From: Eledone cirrhosa | Taxonomy: Eukaryota | Direction: 5' to 3' | NCBI GenBank assembly: GCA_964016885.1 | Contig: OZ024743.1 | Coordinates: 199,082,001 to 199,146,000 of the forward strand | DNA: 64,000 nt | In this document: positions 15,404 through 30,802 of the stretch, in pieces | Layout of the letters: every line of letters starts with the position of its first letter | How positions within the stretch are numbered: position 1 is the stretch's first letter | Notes under the pieces: generated by a model | Database searches by the model: none | Told to the model about the DNA's origin: nothing | The model's input: only the letters and a program-made list of their open reading frames with translations | Position numbers and translations under genes: made by a program

Positions 15404-16241
15404 GTTGTTGTTGTTGTTGTTGTTGTTGTTATTATCATCATTTTTGTATGCTAAATTCACTAGAAAAAAATAAAGTTTCTAAGTTAAAACTGTTATATTT
15501 TTTATTCTTTCTTTCTGTCTAAATGTGTAAAATGTGATAATATATCAAAATATTCGAACTGCAAGAATGATATTTGTTTTCAATAATTCTATTCACAGTT
15601 ATTTGTTTTCTTCAATGCACAGAAGCTTTCTATTCACATCATTATCACCAATTCAACTAACAAACTATAGTAAATTTTCCTACAGATTCTTCTAGCTTTT
15701 TTCTCTTTATTTTCGGTTTTGAATTAATTTTCTGAATTAACAGTTTAGAGCATGGAGCTGTTTTTAATGCTGACATAGAAGGAATAAGGCTAGAAAAAAT
15801 TATTAAAAGCGTAAATTATTAAGAATATTGTAGAACAATCAGTTTAATTTTTAACAGATTAGTCAGCATGATGTTGAAATGTTAAAGCACTAAAAGTAGG
15901 TTTAATTCCAGTATATGGTTTGATTTGTTCAATAATATGTATGGGCGCAGTAAATAGTCCTAACCCTAATCCTTCCATTTCTGTGGAGGATTATGACACT
16001 TTTGTTAGAAGACAAAAGTTATGAATAAAAAAACTATACAGTGTGAGGGGAGGAACATTGGTTGTGAGTTATAATATCATTTATAATAATAATAGTAATT
16101 AACATGTGTGGCAATTTGGCAGAGTAATTAGATTGAATGCTTTGGAGTATTCATTGTAGCTCTCTGCACATTCTGAGTTCAAATCCTGTCAAGGTCAACA
16201 TTACCGTTCAGCCTTTCAAAATCGATTTTAAAAAAGTACCA

Positions 16242-16273
<32 letters not shown>

Positions 16274-16412
16274 ATCTCTCACTCTCTCTCAATTTCTCAC
16301 TCTCTTTGGAAGAAATTGCCAGGTTTTAAAAAATGCTCAAAAATGCCACATGTCACTGCATGATGCTTATGACTCCATCAAAAGTTACAGGTCTATACAT
16401 ACAATAGTAACT

Positions 16413-16810
16413 ATAATTGTTTCTACATTTGGCACAAGGCCAGCAATTATCCAGTACATTACTGGTACTTTATTTTATCGACCCCGTAAGGCAAAGTTAA
16501 CCTCGGCGGGATTTGAACTCAGTCTGTAAAGGGACATAACTATGCTGGAAAGCATAGCATCCGACTCTTTACCTATACTGCCAATCCACACAAATATTAT
16601 AATATTTGTTTCTAGTTTAGCCACAAGTCCAGCAATTTGAAGGGAAGAAAGAAATTGATTAAATCGACCCCAGTGTGTTACTGGTACTCTATTTTTTTTA
16701 CCCATAAGGATGAAAGACAAAGCTAACCTCAATGGAATTTAAACTGAGAAAGTAAGAGACCATAAGTATATGACACAAAGCATGTTGTCAGATGTTCTAC
16801 TGATACTAGT
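16413..16810 (-). mobile_element. Two adjacent Nin-domain-type SINE copies
   Basis: 16413-16588 is well preserved; ~16600-16810 is more diverged. Confidence 0.7.
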
Positions 16811-18344
16811 AACTAAAATATGGGGTTTTTTTTTATTGGACACAAGATTGCAAATGTTGGACACAAAAATTAAGGTGCACATTTTGGTTGCTGCTATAAC
16901 TGGAAAGAAGATTTGAGGCAATGGTAATTTTTATGTGAAATATCATTATTCTTCATCTATAAATGGTGAGATGGGTTCAGTTTTGTCTAACAGTATCCAA
17001 AACCCAGCATGTTTCTCTTTATAATGCATCTATTGCTTAATTTGGAGAAACCACTAGGACAGTCTGAGTAGATTCAGGTAAGGGCTACTACACAATTTCC
17101 AAAGTATTTGGTAATTTTACTTGTTTGGAATAAGCTCTGCCAATTTACCAAAGACCCAGATTAAATGTTTTCTTGTTTATATATATCTACGTGTGGTTGG
17201 TGCTAGAAAGGGCAACCAGCCATAGAAATCAAGCCAGAATCAGTTCTGATGAGCAAGTCTTCGTCATCTGACCTCAACTTGCCTCAAATAGGGCAACCCG
17301 TCTAACCCATGTATGTATGCATGAATGCATACATATATACATGCACATACATACGTTCATAAATACATACATATATATACACATGTAGAAGAATGATAAT
17401 TAACACTTTCCTTGCTATATTTGTAATAAAACATACTGTCTATGATTTTCAAATAATTTTTAAATAATCAAAAATGTGAAGACATTTGGCAATATTTTTC
17501 ATTCATCACCTGGTGTTTGGAACACAACTTCACAAATTTCTTACATAAAATTATAATGGAACATTTTTAGATGAAAATAAACATTTTAAAATATATATAT
17601 ATATTTTTTTTTTTGTAGAACCAAGGCAAGTTTCAAGAAGTTTAGATTAAAAGGGTTAAAATTGTCTTTCGATATAAGGCGCATTCATAACATTTTTAAA
17701 TCTTCATCAAACATGTATATACCAGTTGAAAAAAAGGTGAGATGGTCATGGCTAGAATGTCTTTGATCTTAGGTATGTGCAATCAGGACCAACCTGATCA
17801 ATATCAACAACAACTAATTTTCCATGTCCTAAGCATGCAAATATCGAAGTATGGAAAAAAAAATGTACCAAAATGATAACTGGCAGCAAAAATTATTGAT
17901 CTGCTAAGCACAATTATAACTAAATATAGTAAATTATGTAAAAATAAAGAAGAAATAAAGATATTACAACAACATTGCCACACATTCTTCAAAGAAGTGA
18001 ACTCTTCTTTGTATGAAAACAATTAAAATATTTCTACACAAAATTTCAAATTGGTGGATTTGCTGGTTTTTATCAGTTAATTGGCAAATTTGTCAAGCTC
18101 TTCTTCTTCTTCTTCTTCTTCTTCTTCTTCTTCTTCTTCTTCTTCTTCTTCTTCTTTTCTTCTCCCTCTCCCCCTCCTCCTGCCTCTTCTTATTTTCCTT
18201 CACCATCATCATTTTATACATTTATATATATATATATATATATATATACATAAATATATATTCTTGTAATTCTTGTATTTTTTCAATGTAACAGTTTCAT
18301 GTTAATTAATATGAAACAAACCTTTCAGCTATCCACCATTATTC

Positions 18345-18533
18345 GGTGGATTGGCAGTATGGGTAGAGGGTCAGACACCATGCTTTCCAGCATAGTTACG
18401 TCCCTTTACGATCTGAGTTCAAATCCCGCCGAGGTTGACTTTGCCTTTCATCCTTACGGGGTCGATAAAATAAAGTACCAGTAATGCACTGGTTAATTGC
18501 TGGCCTTGTGCCTAAAGTAGAAACAATTATTAT
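18345..18533 (+). mobile_element. Nin-domain-type SINE (left member of inverted pair)
   Basis: Full head-core-tail match to the family. Confidence 0.85.
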
Positions 18534-18556
18534 ACCACTACTACCCATTCCTAACT

Positions 18557-18744
18557 ATAATTGTTTCTACTTTAGGCACAAGGCCAGCAATTAATCCAGT
18601 GCATTACTGGTACTTTATTTTATCGACCCCCATAAGGATGAAAGGCAAAGTCAACCTTGGCGGGATTTGAACTCAGATCGTAAAGGGACGTAACTATGCT
18701 AGAAAGCATGGCGTCCGGCCCTCTACCGATACTGCCAATTCACC
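18557..18744 (-). mobile_element. Nin-domain-type SINE (right member of inverted pair)
   Basis: Reverse complement of the family sequence, about 23 bp from the preceding copy. Confidence 0.85.
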
Positions 18745-18787
18745 AACTATAATATTTATACATCACGCTTATTATTATTAAAGTTAA

Positions 18788-20068
18788 TGGATTGGCAGAG
18801 TTGGTAGAGTGTCGAACAATATGCTTTATGGTATAGGATTACGCACCTTTATGATCGGAGTTAAAATCCTGCCAAGATTAGCTTTACCTTTCATCCATAC
18901 AGGGTCAATAAATAAAGTACCAGTAACACACTGGGGTCGTTTTAATCAACTTCCTCCTCCTGCCAAATTGCTGGCTTTGTGCCTATGTCAGAAATCATTA
19001 TTAATATGATTGGCAGTAACAGTAGAGTGTCGGACACCATGCTTCATGGCATAGGTTTACGCCCCGTTATGATCTGAGTTCAAACCCCACTGAGTTTAGC
19101 GTTGCCTTTCATTCTTACAAAGTCAATAAAATAAAGTACCAGTAACAAACTGGAATTTATTTAATTGACTTTCCCTTCCTCCAAAATTGCTGGCCTTGTG
19201 CCTAAAGTAGAAACAATTATTATTATGGATTGGCAGTTACACCCCTTTACATTCTGAGATCAAATCCCGCCTAAGGTACCTTACGATATCAATAAAATAA
19301 GGTGCCTTACTGGTACCTTATTACTGGGTTCAATTTAATTGACTTTCCTTTCCCATAAAATTGATGGCCTTATGCCCAAATAAGAAACCATTATTATTAT
19401 TTTGCTTTTATCATCTCTAGTTGTTAGTGCCATGTCAAAAGGCATCTAGTCCCCTCTAAAATGGTTGGTGTTAAGAGAGTCCTCTACCTGTCGAAACTAT
19501 GCTACAACTGGAACTTATTTAAGTAGGCTGTGGACTTGGACCTGTCTAGGAGGCAGTTTCAGAAAAATAGGCATCAAATGATGATGGAGATAGTGATGAG
19601 GAGGAGCATTAGTGTGGGAAAGTAGCAGAATTGTAAGAGCATTGATGAAAGTACTTTACTTTGTCTTTTTTGGCTCTTTACATTCTGAGTTTAGACTCTG
19701 AGGACCTCTGCTGGGGTCCGCTTTCCATTTCATCAGTCCATGGTCAATAATATAGAGTATCAGTCAACAACTGGGACAACAACATTCCCCTTCCCCTAAA
19801 ATTGCTGGCTTTGAACCAAAATTAGAAATCATTATTATTGTTGTTGAGATTATAATTGTTATTATTTCCCATTATTATCATCATATCAAGGTGGTGGATT
19901 GGCAGTATCGGTAGAGGGTCGAACGCCATGCTTTGACGCAAAGAGTTATGGCCCTTTCCATTCTCAGTTCAAATCCCTGCCTTTCATCCTTACGGGGTCG
20001 ATAAAATAAAGTACCAGTAATACACTGAGTAATTGGTGGCCTTGTGCCAAAAGTAGAAACAATTATTA
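18788..20068 (+). mobile_element. Cluster of about five further Nin-domain-type SINE copies of varying age
   Basis: Heads near 18788, 19008, 19228, 19615 and 19890, each followed by core and ...GCTGGCCTTGTGCC..AAGTAGAAAC-like tail. Confidence 0.7.
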
Positions 20069-22568
20069 TCATCATCATTTAGATTTAGGAAAACAGCTAA
20101 TTAAAGTTACAACAATAACAACAAAAAAAGCAAGGAAGCTAACACTAACAAAATATTGAAAATAGAAACAGACAAACAAGTAAACAAATAACCCCCCCCC
20201 CCCAAAAAAAAACCGAAAATTAATCCTCCCTCGTGGAGACACAACCCCACCATCATCATCCCCACCACCACACCCATACAAAAAAAAAATAATTGTAATT
20301 TTAAATAAAGTCAAATATTTCTAAGACAACATAACTTTCAGTTATGTCAGAAGCCATACAGAATATAAATCCACAATTCTTACACTAAAAGAAAATCCCA
20401 CGAGAAAACAGCAAAAGAATTAGTAGTCTATAATTCTATATGAGAGAGAACTTAATAACAGCTAAAGATTTATTTTATTTTTCTCTGTGTGCATTGTTTT
20501 CTGTGTGATGTTAGGTTGTATGGTTCTTCTTTTACATTCTTGTATTTGTCTTAAATATTCAGGCCATGGCCATGCTAGGGTTCTGTCATAAAGGTGGTTT
20601 GAATTGATCATATTAAGCCTAGTAACTTATTTTATTCACTTTGTTGAACTGCTAAAACTCAAGAAAAGAAGGACATGTATAGATTGAGAAGGGCTTTCCA
20701 ACAGAAATAAATGAGTGGTTAACAGGAAACTTTCAAATGCAAAGAAGTACAACAGAGTGTGATCACCTTGTAAGAAGGATAAGAAAGAAAGTTTTGATAT
20801 TGGGGCAGACCTAATCCATGAGAAACAATGCAGAGGGAGTGGATAAGAATACATTACATATTCACAAAAGCAATGAATATGTATGTCTCATTACTGTAGA
20901 TAGTTATTTTCAGTTATTTACAGTTACAACTTGTAACTATACAAACAATATCAAACAAGTCTGGCAATGAGGTACAAATTTAAGTGGCAGAATCATTAGA
21001 GCTCGGTATTTATTTTGGTTTCTTGCATTATGAGTTAAATCCACTGGAGGTCAATTGTGCATTTCATGTTTCTCTAGTCAATATGTAAAGCATTCAGTCT
21101 AATATGGTGATCAAGAGGAATTTTAAGAGTGTCAGACAGGATGTCTTGTGGCAGCTCTTCTCTGATTTCAAATCCTGCAATTGTTGATTTGGGTAGTAGA
21201 CTTAATTTGTTGCTCGGTTTAATACTATCTCCCTGCTTTTTTTTTAGCCTTTAACATGACTAAACATGTTGCAAGCATTTGAAGCAGTTCTCCTGATTGA
21301 GGTTATCTCCTTTCATTCATTTCAACATTCTTAGGTGTCATGAAAAAATAAAGACTCCTAAGTGCTGCCCTATTCCCAGGACTAAACAATAAAAGGCAAT
21401 GTCATCAAAACCCAACAATTGAATAATTAACCAGTTGGCAGGTATTATATTAAATAAGCCATGTCTAGTAGATTGACAGAATTGTTAGAGCATCAGACAA
21501 ACTGCTTTACAGCATTTAGGGATGGCTCTTTACATTCAACACTAACTTCATCATAACTTACCATCCACTGTCCCTGCTAGCAAAGGTTGGACAGCTCTTC
21601 ACAGATCTAGTCAGTACTGAATAGCAGTTACTGACCCCTAGACTAGTCATGAGTTTGAATCTCACATATGCTTTCACGTCCTACCGAATGCATATTATTT
21701 TGGTGCCAGCTCTAAAGATATTGTCATGTCTTTGGCACAACTGAAGGGTCCACCCAACCCTTTGTTTAGGAAGTTTTCTATTGCTGGAAATCTCACCAAG
21801 GTTACCATTACCATTCATACTTCCATGGTTGATAACATAATGTGCCAACCACGTAGTGTGTTTAATATAATTGACTTTCCTCTCTGCAAAAGCTATTGGC
21901 CCTGTGCCTAAAGTAGAAGTCATAATATTAACTCAGCCATCTGTATGTTTAAAGGTTTAAGGAAATAATTAAAAATGTTATCTAATTTTAAATTAAATAT
22001 ATCTAATGCTTTTTTTTCAAAATCTGATATTGTTTTTTCCTGTTCTATAATGACTTAGATGAAGATTGAACATTCCTGGCTGTTGCAGACAAATATTTCA
22101 AAAGTTGATATTTCCTTACATTGCTGTTTTCTGTGGCTGCTCACAAGATCTGTAAGTATGTGGAAGGTCATTTTTCATCATCATGAGAGAAAACATTTAC
22201 ATTTAGATTATTTCCAGATTAAAGGAATAATATTCAACAAATTCATACTCCATTTTATTGGCTTCCTCAAGACGGAAAAAATTAAAAACATGGAAAAAAA
22301 AAAAAGAAAATCTGGAGAATTTTGAAATAAAGCTGTTGTTTCCTCTACATGAAGAATGAAATCAACCAATCATTTTGTTAGTATTTTCATTATTGTTAGT
22401 TATAAACTGATGTAATGATATTGTATATATGTATGTGTATGTCTCTGTGTGTATGTATATATGTATGTATGTATATATGTATATATGTATGTATGTGCAT
22501 GTATGTATGTGTATGTATGTGTATGTAAGTATATATGTAATACATGTGCAGTAAATTGGCAAAGTTGT

Positions 22569-22762
22569 TATAATTGTTTCTACTTTTGGCACAAGGCCAG
22601 CAATTATCCCAGAGCATTACTGGTACTTTATTTTATCGATCCCGTAAGGATGAAAGGCAAAGTTAACCTCTGCGGGATTTGAACTCAGAACGTAAAGGGC
22701 CATAACTCTATGTTGTAAAGCATGGTGTCTGACGATCTACCGATGCTGCCAATTCACTGCCC
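22569..22762 (-). mobile_element. Nin-domain-type SINE
   Basis: Family match over the full length. Confidence 0.8.
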
Positions 22763-22930
22763 TTCAAAGTTTTTATAATGTCAGATAGAAAGTTTTGCAA
22801 TATTCAGTCTGGCTATTGACACACACTGAGTTCAAATCCTGCTGATGTGAACATAGGCATTCATCCTTTTGATGTCGATAAAAAAGTATCAGTCCAGTAC
22901 TAGGGTTTATTCTTTATCACTTCCTCCCTA

Positions 22931-23024
<94 letters not shown>

Positions 23025-23117
23025 CCTCTCTCTCCTTTAGAAGAAATCACCAGTGTTCACACAGTTCTCCAACAAATCTATTAGGAGTTATGTATCCATA
23101 CAAACATATGCATAGAT

Positions 23118-23158
<41 letters not shown>

Positions 23159-23162
<4 letters not shown>

Positions 23163-23541
23163 TACTACAGTCAGTAGGCATCTCTAACAAAATACACCCC
23201 CGTCCCACCACCTCCACCCCACCCACACCGCCCCTTTCAATGTAAAGTTATGTTGGTGCCACAAAATCCAGGCCGAAACAAATGAGATCGTGTAGGTGTC
23301 ACGAAAAAAAAAACACACAGTCCACGCTGTAATGTGACCGTGTAGGCAACACGGTAAAAACGTCCCAGCCCCACACTGTAAATGTGGTTGGTGTTAGGAA
23401 GGGCATCCAACTGTAGAAAACCCGCCAGACAGTCCTATGCGAGCAAGACAACCACTCTTGCCTCAAGTGGGAAAACTCCCGTCCAAACCCATGCAAGCAT
23501 GGAACACGGACGTTAAACGATGATGATGATGATGATGATGA
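23159..23541 (+). mobile_element. 5'-truncated RTE copy (3' UTR only) with (GAT)n tail, inside (TA)n
   Basis: Closely matches 49878-50256 of the long RTE; ends GGACGTTAAAC(GAT)n with (TA)n on both sides. Confidence 0.85.
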
Positions 23542-23598
23542 TATATATATATATATATATATATATGTAACCCATTAGCAACCACACACCACGTTTAT

Positions 23599-23681
<83 letters not shown>

Positions 23682-24450
23682 ATATATTAGAAAAGGGAAG
23701 TAAGGTTCTATACAAAACAGTGGATATGGAGAAAAGGTGAAGTTGGAAATAGCATGGAAAATATATTTTAGGGTCTGTGTTGGTGGTTTTGTTTATTCAC
23801 AGAACAAAGTTGTATTTTTGAAAAAAAAAAAACACACACCTGTGTATTGTTATATATATATATACACCCTAAAACCATATTCCAATAACAGAATTTATTT
23901 TACAACCCCACTGCTGCCATAGAATTTGCCTCTAGCTTACAATTCCCCATCTCCTTTTGAACTCTTGACCAATCAGATTTTTTACAGGATGTTTCGTTTG
24001 CCCCCCCCCCCCCCCCCCCCCTAAAAAAGAACAACTTTGTTATGTGTAGAAACACAACCACCACCACTGCTGCTACTATCTTCACTACGACCTCTCTATT
24101 AACAAGAACTCATTCTCCAGCCCACATTTGAGCAAGAAAGATGGGAAAAAACTTACTCCAACAATTAATTTTAATTTTAAATCTTTAATTTTTAGTTTTT
24201 AATTCCTATTAATTTTTTTTAATTGCATTACTCAACATTTGATAAGATGAATTTTAATAATACATCGAAACCAGTAATACTTTATATACTTTATATACAT
24301 TATAAAACTTTTTTTTTTAAGAATTGTCCCTCTCATTTTTTCAATAATGTCATCTTTTCAATAATGTCACTTTGACGAATCAAAGAAAGGATAAAAAAAG
24401 AAAAACAGACCCTAAAATATATTTTCCATTCTATTTCCAACTTCATGTTT

Positions 24451-24523
<73 letters not shown>

Positions 24524-24804
24524 CATCATCACCATCAACACTGAACCAAACAAAAATGCATACTGAAAGGGTTTCAAATAGTTTTCATAAACATCAAACA
24601 TCTCGTATATTATTCAATATACCACACATTACATACATACATACACACAATTATATATATATATATTAATTAAAGGTTAATTACTCCTTACATGACAGGG
24701 AGATCTATATATAAGCAAAGTTAGATTGAAACATTTTTTTCGTCTGTCTTCTTTATACTCCCAGAATTATTTTTTTCTCATTTAATTCTAATATATATAT
24801 AGAT

Positions 24805-25396
24805 ATCATCATCATCATCATCATTTTACGTTTGCTTTTCCCTGCTTGCAAGGGTTGGACGGGTCCTATTCAGCACAGCATCTCTCCACTTGTCACGGTC
24901 CTTCGTCATCTCCTCGGTGAGTTTCAGCGATCTGAGGTCTGCTCTCACCACCTCCACCCATGTTTTTCGTGGTCTACCTCAACTGCGTCTTCCCTCCACT
25001 GGGACTTCCTGGCACTTCTTCACCCATCGGTCATCCTCCATGCGCATCACATGTCCATACCATCTCAGCCTTCTCTCCTGCATACTACAACTTATCCCTC
25101 TTATACCCAGTTTCTTTCTCAACTCGTCTATGCTTGGTCGTTCACGCACATTGACATTGCACATCCAACAGAGCACACTTGCTTCATTTCTCTCCAGCCG
25201 TCACATATCTTCTACAGTTGCTGCCCATGTCTCACTACCATGCAGCATCGCTCATCTCACACAGGCATCATATAACCATCCTTTCATATGCAGGGAGAAA
25301 CCCTTCTTTGTCAACAGAGAAAGCAGCACCCTAAACTTCTTCCAACCCGTCCTTATTCTAGATACTATGGCCTCGGAACACCCCCCTCCCATGCTG
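24805..25396 (-). mobile_element. RTE LINE 3' fragment (related subfamily)
   Basis: ORF 24979-25176 (WMCNVNVRERPSIDELRKKLGIRGISCSMQERRLRWYGHVMRM) is homologous to the end of 48944-49768; (GAT)n tail. Confidence 0.85.
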
Positions 25397-25515
25397 GGAT
25401 ATAAATAACTGACTACTCTACTGGTATGAAATGTAAATAAAATGAAATCATAGTGATATTATTAAATGATTTCTAAAGTAATACATTGACAATTCTTGTA
25501 AGTTTATATATATCA

Positions 25516-25763
25516 TTAACCCTTTAGCATTTACATTACTCTATATATACTATTATATTTTCATGGTAAAGGCTCTACCTCACATAATTATCCCACATAA
25601 TATCGAATCTATGAGATTTTGAAAGTATTTATTTTGAGAACAATACCTTAACATCTATGAGATTTTGAAAGTATTTATTTTGAGAACAATACCTTAACAG
25701 TTTCAACAGAAAGAGGTAGAGAATTCTGGCCGGTTTTGGCCAGTTTGAACACTAAAGTGTTAA
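25516..25763. mobile_element. TTAA-flanked piggyBac-type MITE with internal 46-bp duplication
   Basis: TTAA-CCCTTTAGCATTTA ... TGAACACTAAAGTG-TTAA; same family as 36261 and 38823. Confidence 0.7.
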
Positions 25764-26090
25764 ATGTTCAAATTACTGGCCATATGCTAGCATGTTTCTT
25801 TTTAATCACTAAGCTAATCATAACCCACTCTGTATCTCCATAATTAATATCTGTACTCCATTGTAGCAAGGGTTGGATGGGTCATCGCTACTGTCTGCTC
25901 AGAGGGGTTAGGGATGGAATGAGAACATGTCTTACATTCATTCCTGCACTCTACCTAATGCACCATGTGCATTTTATCAAGAAAACAGTATGAGTGAGTT
26001 TATCATGGCTTTGACATATCTAAAGTGTCCTGCCAATTCTTTGATTGGCAAGTTTTCTATGTTTGGATGTTCTACTTACCACTAACGTGT

Positions 26091-26199
<109 letters not shown>

Positions 26200-29100
26200 C
26201 GTGTGAAGTATGCATGCAAATTTACAGTAGGTTTGAACAAAATGTATCTTAGTTGATAGTCCAGTATTCTATCCCATTTAATGTTACTGCTTCTACAATC
26301 TATATGCAGATAATTTACCTCAGATCTCTCTGGATTATAACATTTCATATAATAACATTGGAATTTCATTTTAGAAATTTAAACTGAGAGTTCAAGCTCA
26401 TCCAAAGTACTAGAATCATTATCATTTAGTGTCTATTTTCTCTACCAACAAATGTTGGATGGGTCAACATAGACTGAGTCAGTGCTCATGCAAAGCTACT
26501 GACCTCTTAGATGGTCCAGAGGCCTGCATTTCACTGCTTATACAAAGCTTCTGATCTCTTAGATGGGCCAGGCGCCTGCATTTCACTTATCAAAGTATAA
26601 GAATATTTATATAAATAAATATATACTGATATAAAAATTGATATAGAAAGATGATGGAAGAATACATAGAACAGAATATAGTATAAGGAAATGAAGATAC
26701 AAAAGATGAAATTAATTGTCTGGAAATACGACTACACTAAGAAACTATATGAAACTTTTTTCATGGCTCCTATATACTTGACATTGGAATTGTCAGTAAG
26801 TATGTAATAATTTATTTGGTGCTATTGATTTTATGAAAAATCACACTTCAACTGTTGATTATGCTGATTAATGACTCATGAATAACACAAATATAATTAC
26901 AATGATAAAATACATTGATAAATATGTGACAATTCTTTTGATAAAATCTGTTGATAGATAAATCTATTGATAAATAATTCGAAGCAGTTTATGTATTTGC
27001 TGGCTATCATAAAAAATTACTGGCTGCTATAATATTTTCATGCTACCATAGACATATCAATTTTAGATAAAACAAAGCCACTGAGATGACTAATGTTAGC
27101 TTGAAACTGTTATTAGCTTATCTTCTAGAAATATTAGTAATAACTACATAATTGACTAAATAATAATGATTTCAACTTAAGGAATAGCAGAAATAATGCC
27201 CTCTGTCAACATTTCTTGTATAAAGTTTATACTTTTTTTTTGTTTTGCTTTTTATATTCTTATTTGTTTGGTGTATCAGAAAATTGGTGATAGTTTATAA
27301 TTTGTTCCGACCAATGATAAAGATTTATGGCTGGGATTGTAATAACTACCTACCTGAAAGAGAATTGAGTTTAAATATCTGGAATAATGCCACTTCTTAC
27401 AATTATGTTTCATAAATAATAAGAATTTTAACCTCCTTTGTTTGTTGGAATCAGGAAAATAGAATCAGAGAGTGGAAACTTCTCTCAAAAATCGAAGTAG
27501 TTTTGTTTTTGTTTTCAATCTGAATCACATGTAGACAATAATATCTTAGAGCCAAGAATAATGAGGTCAATTTTTTTTGTGATGGGTAGGGCTGATTCAA
27601 TTTGTTCTAGTAAAACTGATTTTATTGGCCTTGGAAAATGGTGGTGAAGACAAGAATGATTCATATGGAATTTAAACTCATAAGTAAGATGAAAATAAAA
27701 AACTACGTAGCATTTTTAGTGCCTTTCATACAGAAAGAGCATTGTTTTCTTTTATCCCATGGTGAGATTATTTTAAATTTGAAATGTTTAATAAATTCAA
27801 TCAACCCATTATATTACCGGTAACTACTTTTATTTGACTCTAGAGAGATAATTCCCAAACACAATTCAAAGTATATTTGATGTGTTTGGGCTGTCTGAAT
27901 ATAGTTTAGGATAAGTAAGCAGCAACTAAAAGATTTGCTGTTAGGAAAGGTATCTCGCTCTAAAACATTGCCTTAAAAAATCCCGTCCAACCCATGCCCA
28001 CATCGAAAAGTCAATGTAAAATAACGATGATGATTATAATTATGATGATGACAACGATGATGATGTTATTCTCTACTGGTCATTTCTACAATATCCTTGA
28101 GAAGTAACAAGTGCTCCACCAGCTTCAATGACGAGTGGTTTACTTGTTTGATCAATGGAACAGCCTACTAATTAAATTCATGTAAATGTAGCTGAGTATT
28201 CCATAGATATATACCATTTATGTAATTTACAGAGATTCAGAGCAACATATTCTATGTCAAGGTTGACCATTTGAATTACTGAATTACAGGTGCAGTCCAT
28301 TCAATGGGCTTCCATATATTCTAAATCTACCTAATTTCCTTCACAGTTGTTGGCTTCAACCAACGTTATGGTAAAAGACCCTTGCCTAAGATGCCACACA
28401 TTGAGATGAGACCTAGAACTTTAGTATAAGGCAAAACACTCAGGCACCCAGTCACACTCTTTCTATCTTATGTATCCTTATTTCATAATTAATAAGGAAT
28501 TTATATTGAGATGTAGCATAGAGATGCTGACTTAAAAGTATGATGATGATGATGATGATGATACAATAATGATGATGATGATGATAGTGTTGGTGATGAT
28601 AATGATGATACAATTATGATGATGGTGATGATAATGATGGCAATGCTGATGATGATAGTGATGATGATGATGATGATAATGATGATGACGAAAATGATGA
28701 TGATGATACAATAATAATGATGATAATAATGATGATAATGATGATACAATGATGATGATAGTGATGATGATGATGATGATGGTGATAATGATTTTATTGA
28801 AGGCATTGTTTCTATATCCTGAGTTCAAATCAGGCGAAAGTTGATTTCACATTTTAAGCAACTGAGGCTTGATAAAATATGTGCCAGGTATGTCTTTGCT
28901 CAGGATGAATTAGGTACATCATCTTAACATTAAATGTTTGACATTGTGCCAATGAAAGAAATCAATGCTAGGAAAATGACATTGCCAATTGATTTATATA
29001 TATTAATAAATAAATATAGACATGGTTATGTAGTGAAGAAATTCATTTTGCAGCCATGTCATTTTGGGATTGATCTCATTGGACAAATGTCTTTCATTAT

Positions 29101-29291
29101 AAGCCTTGGGTTGACCAATAACTTGTAACTGAAATTTGTGTTGGGAGATGAAAGTGATGGGATATAACCAGTTAATAAGGTCTAGGATACACCGGTATAA
29201 TGAAATTATAGAAGGTAAAATCAACCCTAACAACATTTGTACTGAGGTATGTAATTATTTTACATCCACTTCTCCATGATGCCATATATAT

Positions 29292-29358
<67 letters not shown>

Positions 29359-30189
29359 TGTTTAATATAGAAATGGCTTCTACAGGATTAGAACTGTTTC
29401 ATTCAACGGAAATCACCTGGAAAGCTTTCCTGATGATTTTTTCCAATGAAATAGTTATAGTCCATTGTTAGCTTGGTTTCTAAAACTGGTTGATCTTCTT
29501 AAAGCCAACCACTTTACAAAGTGTACTGGGTGCATTTTATCATAGCATTAACACTACCGCTTTCTAGAGAGTACTGGATGCATTTTACTGAGGCACCACA
29601 ACTATCACTTTATATGTATATATACATATATGCTAGCATGGAAAATGGATGCTAAACGGTGATGACGATGAAATATATATACATAGATATATAGGAAAAG
29701 AGTCATATATATATATATACCATGTAGGTGTCACAAATCGTGTGTCACAACAAAATGTATCCAGCACACACTGTAAATGTGGTTGGTATTAGGAAGGGCA
29801 TCCAGACATAGAAAACCAGCCCCAAAGCACCAAGCACTCACTGTCTAAGTGGTTGGTGATAGGAAGGGCATCCAGCCATAGAAAACCAGTCAGAAACTCT
29901 CCTATATGAGTGAGACATGGTCATCTGACCCAATTTGCCTCTAATTGGGACAAACCCATCTAGCCTATGCCAGCCTCGAAGATAGACGTTAATCGACAAT
30001 GATGATGATGATATATATATATATATATTGTTACAAAATGTACTGGGTGCATTTTATCATGGCACAAACATTACCTCTTTTCAGAATGCATTGAATGTAT
30101 TTTATTTCGGCACCACAACTACGACTTTATATATATATATATATAAATGTGTGTGGGTGTATATATTTATATATATATATATATACATA

Positions 30190-30802
30190 TCATCATCATC
30201 ATCATCATCATCATCATTGTTTAACGTCCATCTTCCACACTAGCATGGGTTTGGACAGGAATTTTCCCACTTGAAGCAAGATTGGTTGTCTTGCTCGTAT
30301 AGGACTGTCTGGCGGGTTTTCTATGGCTGGATGCCCTTCCTAACACCAACCACGTTTACAGTGTGGACTGGGAGGTTTTTACCGTGTTACCTACGCGGCC
30401 ACATTACGGCGTGGACTGTGTATTTTTTGTCGTGACACCGACACGATCTCATTTGTTTAGGACTGGATGTTGTGGTACCAACATAACTTTACATCAAAAG
30501 TGTATTTTGGTAAGAGGTGCCAACTGACTGTAGGTTTCGCTTTGCACTTAGGTAATTACAGCATAGAGCCAAAGATCTCGGTCCAGTGACATTGTCTTGG
30601 AGAGGTGTAAGTGTGTGAGGTCGGAATTTATCAAGTCGTCCCAGGTTTTTCTGGGTCTGCCTACTCCATGACTACCGTCTATTTTGATCGTCCTGCACTT
30701 TTTTATACAGCTGTCGTCTTTCCCGCGAATCACGTGATCATACCAACGTAGTCTTCTCTCGAGTAACCAGCATCTGATGCCTCTTATACCTAATTTCTCA
30801 CT

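Noticed and set aside
26491-26588. ~52-bp tandem duplication
   Set aside because: Two diverged copies only; ordinary local duplication.
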